IMG/VR virus record: IMGVR_UViG_2585427730_000006
Coordinates: 1-31,472 of that record
DNA from: a virus
Taxonomy: Duplodnaviria > Heunggongvirae > Uroviricota > Caudoviricetes
Length of the DNA stretch: 31,472 nt
Reading direction: 5' to 3' (one strand)
The notes beneath the pieces are model-generated. The model was not told the origin of the DNA, searched no databases, and saw only the letters and a list, made by a program, of their open reading frames with translations. Of the stretch, positions 9,129 to 22,160 are shown piece by piece. Every line of letters starts with the position of its first letter. Within the stretch, counting starts at the first letter, position 1. Both the position numbers and the translations under genes were made by a program.

Positions 9129-10175
9129 ATGAAAAATACTGTAAAAATAAACAGTGTTGATTTAATCAACGCTGATTGCCTGCATTTTATTCAGTCCCTG
9201 CCTGATGATTCCATTGACCTGATTGTTACCGATCCGCCTTACTTCAAGGTGAAACCCAACGGTTGGGACAATCAGTGGAAAGGGGACGAAGATTACCTTA
9301 AGTGGCTGGACCACTGTCTGGCCCAGTTCTGGCGGGTGTTGAAACCTGCCGGAAGCCTTTACCTGTTCTGTGGGCATCGCCTGGCATCTGATATCGAAAT
9401 CATGATGCGTGAACGCTTTAATGTGCTGAACCACATTATCTGGGCGAAGCCGTCCGGACGCTGGAACGGATGCAACAAGGAAAGCCTGCGGGCGTATTTC
9501 CCGGCAACAGAGCGCATTCTGTTTGCTGAACATTATCAGGGGCCATACCAGCCCAAAAATGACGGCTATGCGGCAAAGGGGCGCGAGCTTAAACAGTGCG
9601 TCATGGCCCCGCTGATTTCTTACTTTCGTGATGCGCGAGAATCTCTGGGAATAACATCAAAACAGATAGCGGAAGCCACCGGAAAGAAAAACATGGCGTC
9701 ACACTGGTTTGGTGCCAGTCAGTGGCAGTTGCCGAACGAGGCTGATTACAAAAAACTTCAGGCGCTGTTCGCGCGTGTTGCAGCAGAAAAACACCAGCGC
9801 GGGGAGCTGGAAAAGCCGCACCACCAGCTGGTCAGCACATACAGTGAACTGAACCGGCAATATGCCAGCCTGCAGGAGGAGTATAAATCCCTGCGGCGTT
9901 ATTTTTCCGTATCAGCTGCTGTTCCGTATACGGATGTCTGGACGCACAAGCCTGTGCAGTATTATCCAGGCAAACATCCCTGTGAAAAACCGGCAGATAT
10001 GTTGCGTCAGATAATTACTGCCAGCAGTCGCCCCGGTGATTTGGTCGCTGATTTTTTTATGGGGTCTGGCTCAACAATAAAAGCAGCACTTTCACTGGGA
10101 CGTCGCGCAATTGGCGTGGAACTGGAAGAAGAGAGATTTAATCAGACTGTAACTGAAATAAAAAATAATCGTTAA
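9129..10175 (+). CDS. Orphan DNA methyltransferase, beta-class (N6-adenine or N4-cytosine)
   Basis: Motif IV DPPY (IVTDPPYF) near the N-terminus and motif I FxGxG (FFMGSGST) near the C-terminus, the circularly permuted beta-class order; no adjacent restriction endonuclease gene visible. Confidence 0.85.
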   Translation: MKNTVKINSVDLINADCLHFIQSLPDDSIDLIVTDPPYFKVKPNGWDNQWKGDEDYLKWLDHCLAQFWRVLKPAGSLYLFCGHRLASDIEIMMRERFNVLNHIIWAKPSGRWNGCNKESLRAYFPATERILFAEHYQGPYQPKNDGYAAKGRELKQCVMAPLISYFRDARESLGITSKQIAEATGKKNMASHWFGASQWQLPNEADYKKLQALFARVAAEKHQRGELEKPHHQLVSTYSELNRQYASLQEEYKSLRRYFSVSAAVPYTDVWTHKPVQYYPGKHPCEKPADMLRQIITASSRPGDLVADFFMGSGSTIKAALSLGRRAIGVELEEERFNQTVTEIKNNR

Positions 10176-10343
10176 ATATGCATTTAATAATTTCTTTATT
10201 TCATAAAAAATAAAAATATATACGTATATTTACAAATCTTGATATGATTTTCCATTGAAAAGAGAGCTGGCATTATTAATATCGGTACCCGGTTCCGAAG
10301 GGGATGTAAGCGCGGTCATTTTTATTTCTCTTGAGGAACCTGT

Positions 10344-10419
<76 letters not shown>

Positions 10420-10422
10420 TAT

Positions 10423-10497
<75 letters not shown>

Positions 10498-10855
10498 GAG
10501 AAACAAGCCTTATTGTATCGTTGCACTGGCGTATTTTTTATTGCGTGGGAGCAGGTTGTTTTTAAAAGGCATTCTGTTTTCTGGCTGTGATTTGAGGTCG
10601 GTTATAGCCACAGTGCTGTTTTTTACACCACTGGAATGGTGCATTATCGGTGGAAATTGAGCATTTCCTGACAGGGGCCGATGATGCACTATCCCGGTGT
10701 TGTAAATAACACTACAGAGGTGTTCCTCAGTGCGAGGGTGGTTTATGTAACTGTTTAGCGGGAAACCACAGTATTCATGGAGAGATGGATACTTCGGGGG
10801 GCACCCGACACCTCTGTTTTTCTACTACAAAAATGATTCATCTCTGGCATTTTTC

Positions 10856-10884
10856 AACCGCCGTTCCGGGCGGTTTTTTTTATT
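10856..10884 (+). terminator. Rho-independent terminator in the tRNA-to-lysis intergenic region
   Basis: aaccgcc-gttccg-ggcggtt followed by an 8-T run. Confidence 0.6.
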
Positions 10885-11201
10885 CTGAACTCAGAAAAGA
10901 ATACACGGGCATTGATATTACCCGTGTGGCAAGGCCATGAAAGCCAATAATGAACTGAGCGCAAAAAAAGCGCGGCTGTCGGATTAACGCCGCGGGACAA
11001 AGTCCGTGAAGAAGAATAAGCATCAGTCTCCTCCAGGAGACGATTTGATATTACTAAGCTTTAAAAATGGTTTAAACCCCCGGATTAACCTTAATTTCAG
11101 ATAAGCTTTATTTCATTTTCTCCGAGCCACGTCAGGCGCATATCACATCAGATAACACCACATAAAAGGTATCTGCGGGTGCCTTTCACGGGGTGTTTTT
11201 T

Positions 11202-11228
11202 TACGGGCCGCTGGTGGCCCTTTTTTAT
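11202..11228 (+). terminator. Terminator-like hairpin immediately upstream of the lysis cassette (candidate tR'-type element)
   Basis: gggcc-gctggt-ggccc followed by ttttttattt, ending ~15 nt before the holin RBS. Confidence 0.5.
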
Positions 11229-11244
11229 TTACAGGAGAAAAAGT

Positions 11245-11637
11245 ATGTCTGAACCCTTATCCGGTTCCGGCACGGCTGCAGCGCTCGGCGGGGCGACGGT
11301 GTACGGGCTGTTTACCGGAACGGATTTCGGGATTGTGTTTGGTGCCTTTGCCGGGGCGTTATTTGTGGCAACGATGCCGCAGGCGCTTTCAGCCTGGCGT
11401 GTGGCGGCACATTTTCTGGTGTCGTTCATTGTTGGTGTGCTGGGGGCAGAAGTTCTGGCATCCTGGCTGGTAAAGCATACAGAGTTTGACGGTGCACCTG
11501 TCGACGCATTGTGTGCAGTACTGGTGTCAGTGGTGTCGGTGAAGATTCTCTCGTTCATCCACCAGCAGGATATTGCATCACTGGTGTCCGGTCTGTTCTC
11601 CCGTCTGCGGGGCGGAGGAGGCGGCAATGTTAAGTAA
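11245..11637 (+). CDS. Putative holin, 130 aa, multi-TM
   Basis: AGGAG RBS before ATG 11245; several Gly/Ala-rich hydrophobic segments; first gene of the lysis cassette. The track ORF starts earlier, at 11179. Confidence 0.55.
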   Translation: MSEPLSGSGTAAALGGATVYGLFTGTDFGIVFGAFAGALFVATMPQALSAWRVAAHFLVSFIVGVLGAEVLASWLVKHTEFDGAPVDALCAVLVSVVSVKILSFIHQQDIASLVSGLFSRLRGGGGGNVK

Positions 11638-11905
11638 CCTTCCCGGATTGCTGAATGTGGCGTTATGCACGGTTATCGTGCTGACGCTCTTTTTTTATCG
11701 TCGTCGTGATTCCAGACATAAACCGTTGATGTCATGGCTGGCCTGGCTGCTGATGCTGCTTTATGCCTTTGCACCACTCAGTTATCTGTGCGGTCGCCCG
11801 TTAGCGGCGAACTGGCTGGCGGTGGGGCTTAATCTGCTGTTCTGCGTGTTGGTTATTCGCGCACGCGGGAACGTTTCAAAAATCTTTGTATTACGAAGAC
11901 GCTGA
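11627..11905 (+). CDS. Small multi-TM membrane protein, 92 aa (second holin or antiholin-like)
   Basis: ATG 11627 overlaps the upstream stop; three hydrophobic segments and a basic C-terminus (RARGNVSKIFVLRRR). Confidence 0.5.
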   Translation: MLSNLPGLLNVALCTVIVLTLFFYRRRDSRHKPLMSWLAWLLMLLYAFAPLSYLCGRPLAANWLAVGLNLLFCVLVIRARGNVSKIFVLRRR

Positions 11906-11906
11906 T

Positions 11907-12452
11907 ATGAAGTCGAAAGATGAAATTTTTGACGAAGTTCTGGGAAAAGAGGGCGGTTACGTCAATCACCCGGATGATAAAGGCGGACCGACAAAATGGG
12001 GTATTACGGAAAAAGTCGCCCGCGCTCACGGATATCAGGGCGATATGCGTGACCTGACACGCGAACAGGCACTGGAAATCCTTGAGGCGGATTACTGGTT
12101 CGGACCACGCTTTGATCAGGTGGCCGCATTATCCTCTGATATTGCTGCAGAGTTGTGTGATACCGGTGTGAATATGGGGCCGTCCGTAGCATCGAAAATG
12201 CTCCAACGCTGGCTGAACGTTTTCAACCTGCAAGGCAAATTGTTCCCGGATATGGACGCAGACGGGCGTATCGGCCCCCGCACGATTAATGCACTACGGA
12301 CTTATCTGCAAAAACGCGGCAAAGACGGCGAACTGGTGATGCTGAAGGCGCTGAATTGCACGCAGGGCGACCGCTATCTGGAGCTGGCAGAAAAACGCGA
12401 GGCCAACGAGTCGTTTGTCTACGGCTGGATGAAAGAGCGCGTAGCAGTTTAA
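11907..12452 (+). CDS. Endolysin, glycoside hydrolase family 108 with C-terminal peptidoglycan-binding domain
   Basis: N-terminal signature EGGYVNHPDDKGGPTKWGIT typical of GH108 lysozymes. Start set at ATG 11907; TTG 11886 is the alternative. Confidence 0.8.
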   Translation: MKSKDEIFDEVLGKEGGYVNHPDDKGGPTKWGITEKVARAHGYQGDMRDLTREQALEILEADYWFGPRFDQVAALSSDIAAELCDTGVNMGPSVASKMLQRWLNVFNLQGKLFPDMDADGRIGPRTINALRTYLQKRGKDGELVMLKALNCTQGDRYLELAEKREANESFVYGWMKERVAV

Positions 12453-12545
12453 AAACTGACGCTGAAGTGCTGAACACCCTCAACTCACGCAGGCTCTTTT
12501 CTGGGGTTACGATGAGCGAAAGTAAGGGGTACAGCATCAGATAGC

Positions 12546-12580
12546 AAAAACCCCGGCTGCTGGAACAGTCCGGGGTTTTT
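12546..12580. terminator. Strong hairpin terminator after the endolysin gene
   Basis: aaaaa-ccccgg-ctgctggaacagt-ccgggg-ttttt. Confidence 0.65.
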
Positions 12581-12671
12581 AGTTTTCACGTCAAAGAGGA
12601 AATTGTGAGTAGTGAGTACGGAGAAAATCCTCGTGGGAAAGTATAAAAGATTCTTTTTGAGGTTGTCCATT

Positions 12672-12785
12672 ATGAAAGGTATTGAAGTGGAAACTCCCGC
12701 GAGCCTTGATTTGACAAGGGCTGCGGCCTTTGCAATTCGCCTTGTGGCGGTCGCTGTTCTGATTTGGGCTGTGCGTTGGTGGTGA
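12672..12785 (+). CDS. Possible 37-aa membrane peptide, translationally coupled to the downstream lipoprotein gene
   Basis: ATG 12672 with GAGG ~10 nt upstream; C-terminal hydrophobic stretch AAAFAIRLVAVAVLIWAV; stop overlaps the next ATG (ATGA at 12785-12789). Below the ORF-track size cut-off; hand-translated. Confidence 0.3.
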   Translation: MKGIEVETPASLDLTRAAAFAIRLVAVAVLIWAVRWW

Positions 12786-12786
12786 T

Positions 12787-12969
12787 ATGACGCGAAAACA
12801 CTGGACACACAGAATGCCGCGAACGGCGGCGAAATGGGCACTGGTAGCGATACTGGTGCCTTTTTTCTTGGTGGGATGCGTCAGCCTGGATAAAGCGCGC
12901 CAGCTTTTCGATACGGCTTCTCAGGTCTGTGAAATTGTCGACGGTGTTCGGCAGTGTATGCAGAACTGA
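12787..12969 (+). CDS. Small lipoprotein, 60-aa precursor, with lipobox LVGC
   Basis: Signal peptide then FFLVGC lipobox; mature part ~29 aa with three Cys; sits where an Rz1-type o-spanin would be but is not Pro-rich. Confidence 0.45.
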   Translation: MTRKHWTHRMPRTAAKWALVAILVPFFLVGCVSLDKARQLFDTASQVCEIVDGVRQCMQN

Positions 12970-13109
12970 TCGCCTGTAAGAGCAGAATATTTTGCTGAAA
13001 AATGAAGGGGTCACTTGCGTCCGGAAAGCATGAAATTCTATGTTTGTGATCATTCGATGACATAATTTCTTACTTCCGCCGTTTCCGGGGGGGAGGAACA
13101 AAGTAGAAA

Positions 13110-13131
13110 GAGTTGCCCGTTTGATGGGCAA
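13110..13131. terminator. Hairpin between the convergent lipoprotein gene and bor
   Basis: gttgccc-gtttgat-gggcaac. Confidence 0.45.
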
Positions 13132-13140
13132 CTCATGCAG

Positions 13141-13434
13141 TTATTGTGAGCAATACACACGCGCTTCCAGCGGAGTATAAATGCCTAAAGTAATAAAACC
13201 GAGAAATCCATTTACGAATGTTTGCTGGGTTTCTGTTTTAACAACATTTTCTGCGCCGCCACAAATTTTGGCTGCATCAACAGTTTTCTCCTGTCCAATT
13301 CCCGAAACGAAGAAATGATGGGTGATGGTTTCCTTTGGTGTTACTGCTGTCGGTTTGTTTCCAACAGTAAACGTCTGTTGAGCACATCCTGTAATAAGCA
13401 TTGCCAGAGCGGCAGAAAACAACATTTTTTTCAT
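13141..13434 (-). CDS. bor: Bor lipoprotein (serum-resistance lysogenic conversion protein), 97 aa
   Basis: MKKMLFSAALAMLITGCAQQTFTV...LEARVYCSQ, near-identical to lambda Bor as recalled; start set at the MKKM ATG (13434) rather than the longer track ORF. Confidence 0.9.
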   Translation of the reverse strand: MKKMLFSAALAMLITGCAQQTFTVGNKPTAVTPKETITHHFFVSGIGQEKTVDAAKICGGAENVVKTETQQTFVNGFLGFITLGIYTPLEARVYCSQ

Positions 13435-13794
13435 CTTATTATCCTGCATTGTTAAAAACGGCAGAATCCTATGTGACAACAATTAAACGATAGTTAAATG
13501 GATTGATGAAAATTAAAACTATATAGGTGGATGCTCAGCCTATTGGAGGAGGGGGGGCACTCAGAATCCTGTGGAATGAAATAAACCGCTCTATCTGTCC
13601 ATTACCCTTTTAGCTGCGCTGTATCGTCGCCGTATTCCCGCATTAACCATGACCGTAGCCCGACGGGGAATTCCTTCTGCGTGAGTGTGCGGGAATAATC
13701 AAAAACGATGCACACCGGGTTTTACTGTGCTGACAGACGCAGGGTTACCCTCATAGTCGCTTTTCCGGTGCGATGGTGGAAGAAACCGGGATGT

Positions 13795-13989
13795 TTATTC
13801 ATCATCACTTTGGATTGATGTATATGCTCTCTTTTCTGACGTTAGTCTCCGACGGCAGGCTTCAATGACCCAGGCTGAGAAATTCCCAGACCCTTTTTGC
13901 TCAAGAGCGATGTTAATTTGTTCAATCATTTGGTTAGGAAAGCGGATGTTGCGGGTTGTTGTTCTGCGGGTTCTGTTCTTCGTTGACAT
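13795..13989 (-). CDS. Small basic protein, 64 aa, YlcI-like (DUF3950-type)
   Basis: MSTKNRTRRTTTRNIRFPNQMIEQINIALEQKGSGNFSAWVIEACRRRL... in the position of small ORFs between bor and cos in lambdoid phages; family name from memory. Confidence 0.55.
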   Translation of the reverse strand: MSTKNRTRRTTTRNIRFPNQMIEQINIALEQKGSGNFSAWVIEACRRRLTSEKRAYTSIQSDDE

Positions 13990-14149
13990 GAGGTTGCCCC
14001 GTATTCAGTGTCGCTGATTTGTATTGTCTGAAGTTGTTTTTACGTTAAGTTGATGCAGATCAATTAATACGATACCTGCGTCATAATTGATTATTTGACG
14101 TGGTTTGATGGCGTAGATGCACGTTGTGACATGTAGATGATAATTATTA

Positions 14150-14377
14150 TCATTTTGCGGGTCCTTTCCGGCGATCCGACAGGTTACGGGGCGGCGACCT
14201 CTCGGGTTTTCGCTATTTATGAAAATTTTCCGGTTTAAGGCGTTTCCGTTCTTCTTCGTCGTAACTTAATGTTTTTATTTAAAATACCCCCTGAAAAGAA
14301 AGGAAACGACAGGTGCTGAAAGCGAGCTTTTTGGCCTCTGTCGTTTCCTTTCTCTGTTTTTGTCCGTGGAATGAACA
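14150..14377 (+). other. cos site: cosQ, cosN (12-nt cohesive-end sequence GGGCGGCGACCT at 14188-14199) and cosB up to the Nu1 start
   Basis: Sequence gcgggtcctttccggcgatccgacaggttacgGGGCGGCGACCTctcgggttttcgctatttatgaaaattttccggtttaagg matches the lambda genome ends as recalled. Confidence 0.85.
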
Positions 14378-14897
14378 ATGGAAGTCAACAAAAAGCAGCT
14401 GGCTGACATTTTCGGTGCGAGTATCCGTACCATTCAGAACTGGCAGGAACAGGGAATGCCCGTTCTGCGAGGCGGTGGCAAGGGTAATGAGGTGCTTTAT
14501 GACTCTGCCGCCGTCATAAAATGGTATGCCGAAAGGGATGCTGAAATTGAGAACGAAAAGCTGCGCCGGGAGGTTGAAGAACTGCGGCAGGCCAGCGAGG
14601 CAGATCTCCAGCCAGGGACTATTGAGTACGAACGCCATCGACTTACGCGTGCGCAGGCCGACGCACAGGAACTGAAGAATGCCAGAGACTCCGCTGAAGT
14701 GGTGGAAACCGCATTCTGTACTTTCGTGTTGTCGCGGATCGCAGGTGAAATTGCCAGTATTCTCGACGGGATCCCCCTGTCGGTGCAGCGGCGTTTTCCG
14801 GAACTGGAAAACCGACATGTTGATTTCCTGAAACGGGATATCATCAAAGCCATGAACAAAGCAGCCGCGCTGGATGAACTGATACCGGGGTTGCTGA

Positions 14898-14923
<26 letters not shown>
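14378..14923 (+). CDS. nu1: Terminase small subunit Nu1
   Basis: 181 aa, MEVNKKQLADIFGASIRTIQNWQEQGMPV..., same length as lambda Nu1. Confidence 0.95.
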
Positions 14924-18604
<3,681 letters not shown>

Positions 18605-18624
<20 letters not shown>

Positions 18625-19924
18625 TCTCCCGCATATTGCCAGCATGGCCTTTAATGAGCCGCTGATGCTTGAACCCGCCTATGCGCGGGTTTTCTTTTGT
18701 GCGCTTGCAGGCCAGCTTGGGATCAGCCGCCTGACGGATGCGGTGTCCGGCGACAGCCTGACTGCCCAGGAGGCACTCGCGACGCTGGCATTATCCGGTG
18801 ATGATGACGGACCACGACAGGCCCGCAGTTATCAGGTCATGAACGGCATCGCCGTGCTGTCGGTTTCCGGCACGCTGGTCAGCCGGACGCGGGCGCTGCA
18901 GCCGTACTCGGGGATGACCGGTTACAACGGCATTATCGCCCGTCTGCAACAGGCTGCCAGCGACCCGATGGTGGACGGCATTCTGCTCGATATGGACACG
19001 CCAGGCGGAATGGTGGCGGGGGCATTTGACTGCGCTGACATCATCGCCCGTGTGCGAGACATAAAACCGGTATGGGCGCTGGCCAACGACATGAACTGCA
19101 GTGCAGGTCAGCTGCTTGCCAGTGCCGCCTCCCGGCGTCTGGTCACGCAGACCGCCCGGACAGGCTCCATCGGCGTCATGATGGCTCACAGTAATTACGG
19201 TGCTGCCCTGGAGAAACAGGGCGTGGAAATCACGCTGATTTACAGCGGCAGCCATAAGGTGGATGGCAATCCTTACAGCCATCTTCCGGATGACGTCCGG
19301 GAGACACTGCAGTCCCGGATGGACGCAACCCGCCAGATGTTTGCGCAGAAGGTGTCGGCATATACCGGCCTGTCTGTGCAGGCTGTGCTGGATACCGAGG
19401 CTGCAGTGTACAGCGGTCAGGAGGCCATTGATGCCGGACTGGCTGATGAACTTGTTAACAGCACCGATGCGATCACCGTCATGCGTGATGCACTGGATGC
19501 GCGTAAATCCCGTCTCTCAGGAGGGCGAATGACCAAAGAGACTCAATCAACAACTGTTTCAGCCACTGCTTCGCAGACTGACGTTACTGACGTGGTGCCA
19601 GCGACGGAGGGCGAAAACGCCAGCGCGGCGCAGCCGGACGTGAACGCGCAGATCACCGCTGCGGTTGCGGCAGAAAACAGCCGCATTATGGGGATCCTCA
19701 ACTGTGAGGAGGCTCACGGACGCGAAGAACAGGCCCGCGTGCTGGCAGAAACCCCCGGTATGACCGTGGAAACGGCCCGCCGCATTCTGGCAGCTGCACC
19801 ACAGAGTGCACAGGCGCGCAGTGACACTGCGCTGGATCGTCTGATGCAGGGGGCACCGGCACCGCTGGCTACAGGTAACCCGGCATCTGATGCCGTTAAC
19901 GATTTGCTGAACACACCAGTGTAA
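18605..19924 (+). CDS. C: Head maturation protease / scaffold protein C
   Basis: GTG at 18605 gives the 439-aa product MTAELRNLPHIASMAFNEPL...; the ORF-track start at 18470 is an upstream in-frame extension overlapping B. Confidence 0.9.
19319..19924 (+). CDS. nu3: Scaffolding protein Nu3 (in-frame internal start within C)
   Basis: ATG at 19319 (MDATRQMFAQKV...), 714 nt downstream of the C start, same stop as C, as in lambda. Confidence 0.8.
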   Translation: MDATRQMFAQKVSAYTGLSVQAVLDTEAAVYSGQEAIDAGLADELVNSTDAITVMRDALDARKSRLSGGRMTKETQSTTVSATASQTDVTDVVPATEGENASAAQPDVNAQITAAVAAENSRIMGILNCEEAHGREEQARVLAETPGMTVETARRILAAAPQSAQARSDTALDRLMQGAPAPLATGNPASDAVNDLLNTPV

Positions 19925-19933
19925 GGGATGTTT

Positions 19934-20266
19934 ATGACGAGCAAAGAAACCTTTACCCATTACCAGCCGCTGGGCAACAGTGACCCGGCTCATACCGCAA
20001 CCGCGCCAGGCGGATTGAGTGCGAAAGCGCCTGCAATGACCCCGCTGATGCTGGACACCTCCACCCGTAAGCTGGTTGCGTGGGATGGCACCACCGACGG
20101 TACTGCCGTTGGCATTCTGGCGGTTGATGCTGACCAGACCAGCACCACGCTGACGTTCTACAAGTCCGGCACGTTCCGTTATGAGGATGTGCTCTGGCCG
20201 GAGGCTGCCAGCGACGAGACGAAAAAACGGACCGCGTTTGCCGGAACGGCAATCAGCATCGTTTAA
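19934..20266 (+). CDS. D: Head decoration protein D
   Basis: 110 aa, [27 protein letters not shown]... Confidence 0.95.
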   Translation: MTSKETFTHYQPLGNSDPAHTATAPGGLSAKAPAMTPLMLDTSTRKLVAWDGTTDGTAVGILAVDADQTSTTLTFYKSGTFRYEDVLWPEAASDETKKRTAFAGTAISIV

Positions 20267-20321
20267 CCTTACCCTTCATCACTAAAGGCCGCCTGTGCGG
20301 CTTTTTTTACGGGATTTTTTT

Positions 20322-21347
20322 ATGTCGATGTACACAACCGCCCAGCTGCTGGCGGCAAATGAGCAGAAATTTAAGTTTGATCCGCTGTTTCTGCGTCTCT
20401 TTTTCCGTGAGAGCTATCCCTTCACCACGGAGAAAGTCTATCTCTCACAAATTCCGGGGCTGGTAAACATGGCGCTGTACGTTTCGCCGATTGTTTCCGG
20501 TGAGGTTATCCGCTCCCGTGGCGGCTCCACCTCTGAATTTACGCCGGGATATGTCAAGCCGAAGCATGAGGTGAATCCGCAGATGACCCTGCGTCGCCTG
20601 CCGGATGAAGATCCGCAGAATCTGGCGGACCCGGCTTACCGCCGCCGTCGCATCATCATGCAGAACATGCGAGACGAAGAGCTGGCCATTGCTCAGGTCG
20701 AAGAGATGCAGGCAGTTTCTGCTGTGCTTAAGGGCAAATACACCATGACCGGTGAAGCCTTCGATCCGGTTGAGGTGGATATGGGCCGCAGTGCGGCGAA
20801 CAACATCACACAGTCCGGTGGTACGGAGTGGAGCAAGCGTGACAAGTCCACGTATGACCCGACCGACGATATCGAAGCCTATGCGCTGAACGCCAGCGGA
20901 GTGGTGAATATCATCGTGTTTGATCCGAAAGGCTGGGCGCTGTTCCGTTCCTTCAAAGCCGTCAAGGAGAAGCTGGATACCCGTCGCGGCTCTAATTCCG
21001 AGCTGGAGACAGCGGTAAAAGACCTGGGCGAAGCGGTGTCCTATAAGGGGATGTATGGCGATACGGCGATCGTCGTGTATTCCGGACAGTACGTGGAAAA
21101 CGACGTCAAAAAGAACTTCCTTCCGGACAACACGATGGTGCTGGGGAACACTCAGGCACGCGGTCTGCGCACCTATGGCTGCATTCAGGATGCGGACGCA
21201 CAGCGCGAAGGTATTAACGCCTCTGCCCGCTACCCGAAAAACTGGGTGACCACCGGCGATCCGGCGCGTGAGTTCACCATGATTCAGTCAGCACCGCTGA
21301 TGCTGCTGGCTGACCCTGATGCGTTCGTGTCCGTACAACTGGCGTAA
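20322..21347 (+). CDS. E: Major capsid protein E
   Basis: 341 aa from MSMYTTAQLLAANEQKFKFDPLFLRLF...; terminator-like hairpin at 20287-20308 upstream. Confidence 0.95.
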   Translation: MSMYTTAQLLAANEQKFKFDPLFLRLFFRESYPFTTEKVYLSQIPGLVNMALYVSPIVSGEVIRSRGGSTSEFTPGYVKPKHEVNPQMTLRRLPDEDPQNLADPAYRRRRIIMQNMRDEELAIAQVEEMQAVSAVLKGKYTMTGEAFDPVEVDMGRSAANNITQSGGTEWSKRDKSTYDPTDDIEAYALNASGVVNIIVFDPKGWALFRSFKAVKEKLDTRRGSNSELETAVKDLGEAVSYKGMYGDTAIVVYSGQYVENDVKKNFLPDNTMVLGNTQARGLRTYGCIQDADAQREGINASARYPKNWVTTGDPAREFTMIQSAPLMLLADPDAFVSVQLA

Positions 21348-21388
21348 TCATGGCCCTTCGGGGCCATTTTCTCTCTGTGGAGGAGTTC

Positions 21389-21784
21389 ATGACGAAAGAT
21401 GAACTGATTGCCCGTCTTCAGGAGCTGGGTGAGCAACTGAACCGTGATGTCAGCCTGACGGGGACGAAAGAAGAACTGGCGCTCCGTGTGGCAGAGCTGG
21501 AAGAGGAGCTTGATGACACGGATGACGCTGCCGGTCAGGACACATCTGTCAGCCCGGAAAATGCGCTGACCGGACATGAAAATGAGGTGGTATCAGCGCA
21601 GCCGGATACCGTGACTGATACGGCTGCTCTGGTCACGGTTGTGGCACTGGTGACGCTGCATACCGATGCACTTCACGCCACGCGGGATAAACCTGTGGCA
21701 TTTGTGCTGCCGGGAACGGCGTTTCGTGTCTCTGCCGGTGTGGCAGCCGAAATGACAGAGCGCGGCCTGGCCAGAATGCAATAA
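21389..21784 (+). CDS. FI: Head assembly protein FI
   Basis: MTKDELIARLQELGEQLNRDVSLTGTKEELALRVAELEEELDD... Confidence 0.9.
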   Translation: MTKDELIARLQELGEQLNRDVSLTGTKEELALRVAELEEELDDTDDAAGQDTSVSPENALTGHENEVVSAQPDTVTDTAALVTVVALVTLHTDALHATRDKPVAFVLPGTAFRVSAGVAAEMTERGLARMQ

Positions 21785-21795
21785 CGGGAGGCGCT

Positions 21796-22149
21796 GTGGC
21801 TGATTCCGATAACCTGTTCGATGCTGCCATTGCCCGCGCCGATGAAACGATACGCGGGTACATGGGAACGTCAGCCACCATGACATCCGGTGAGCTGTCC
21901 GGTGCTGTGATACGTGGTGTTTTTGATGACCCTGAAAATATCAGCTATGCCGGACAGGGCGTGCGCGTTGAAGGCTCCAGCCCGTCCCTGTTTGTCCGGA
22001 CTGATGATGTGCGGCAGCTGCGGCGTGGAGACACACTGACCATCGGTGAGGAAAACTTCTGGATAGACCGGATTTCGCCGGATGATGGCGGAAGCTGTCA
22101 TCTCTGGCTTGGGCGTGGCGTACCGCCTGCCGTTAACCGTCGCCGCTGA
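21796..22149 (+). CDS. FII: Head-tail joining protein FII
   Basis: 117 aa, MADSDNLFDAAIARADETIRGYMGTSATMTSGE... Confidence 0.95.
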   Translation: MADSDNLFDAAIARADETIRGYMGTSATMTSGELSGAVIRGVFDDPENISYAGQGVRVEGSSPSLFVRTDDVRQLRRGDTLTIGEENFWIDRISPDDGGSCHLWLGRGVPPAVNRRR

Positions 22150-22160
22150 AAGGGGGATGT

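Noticed and set aside
10700-10830. Possible third tRNA or tRNA-like element downstream of tRNA-Gly
   Set aside because: Long-range pairing exists but there is no canonical T-loop (GTTCRANT) or 7-bp acceptor stem with CCA; kept only as part of the structured-region finding.
12356-12544. 62-aa + strand ORF overlapping the endolysin 3' end
   Set aside because: Out-of-frame overlap with a well-supported gene, no RBS.
12670-13131. 153-aa minus-strand ORF, the same size as lambda Rz
   Set aside because: Antisense to the coupled small-ORF pair, low-complexity Arg/Pro/Ser-rich translation without an N-terminal TM segment, and no resemblance to Rz; judged a shadow ORF.
14279-14818. 179-aa minus-strand ORF across cosB and Nu1
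   Set aside because: Antisense to Nu1 and the cos region, which match lambda; shadow ORF.
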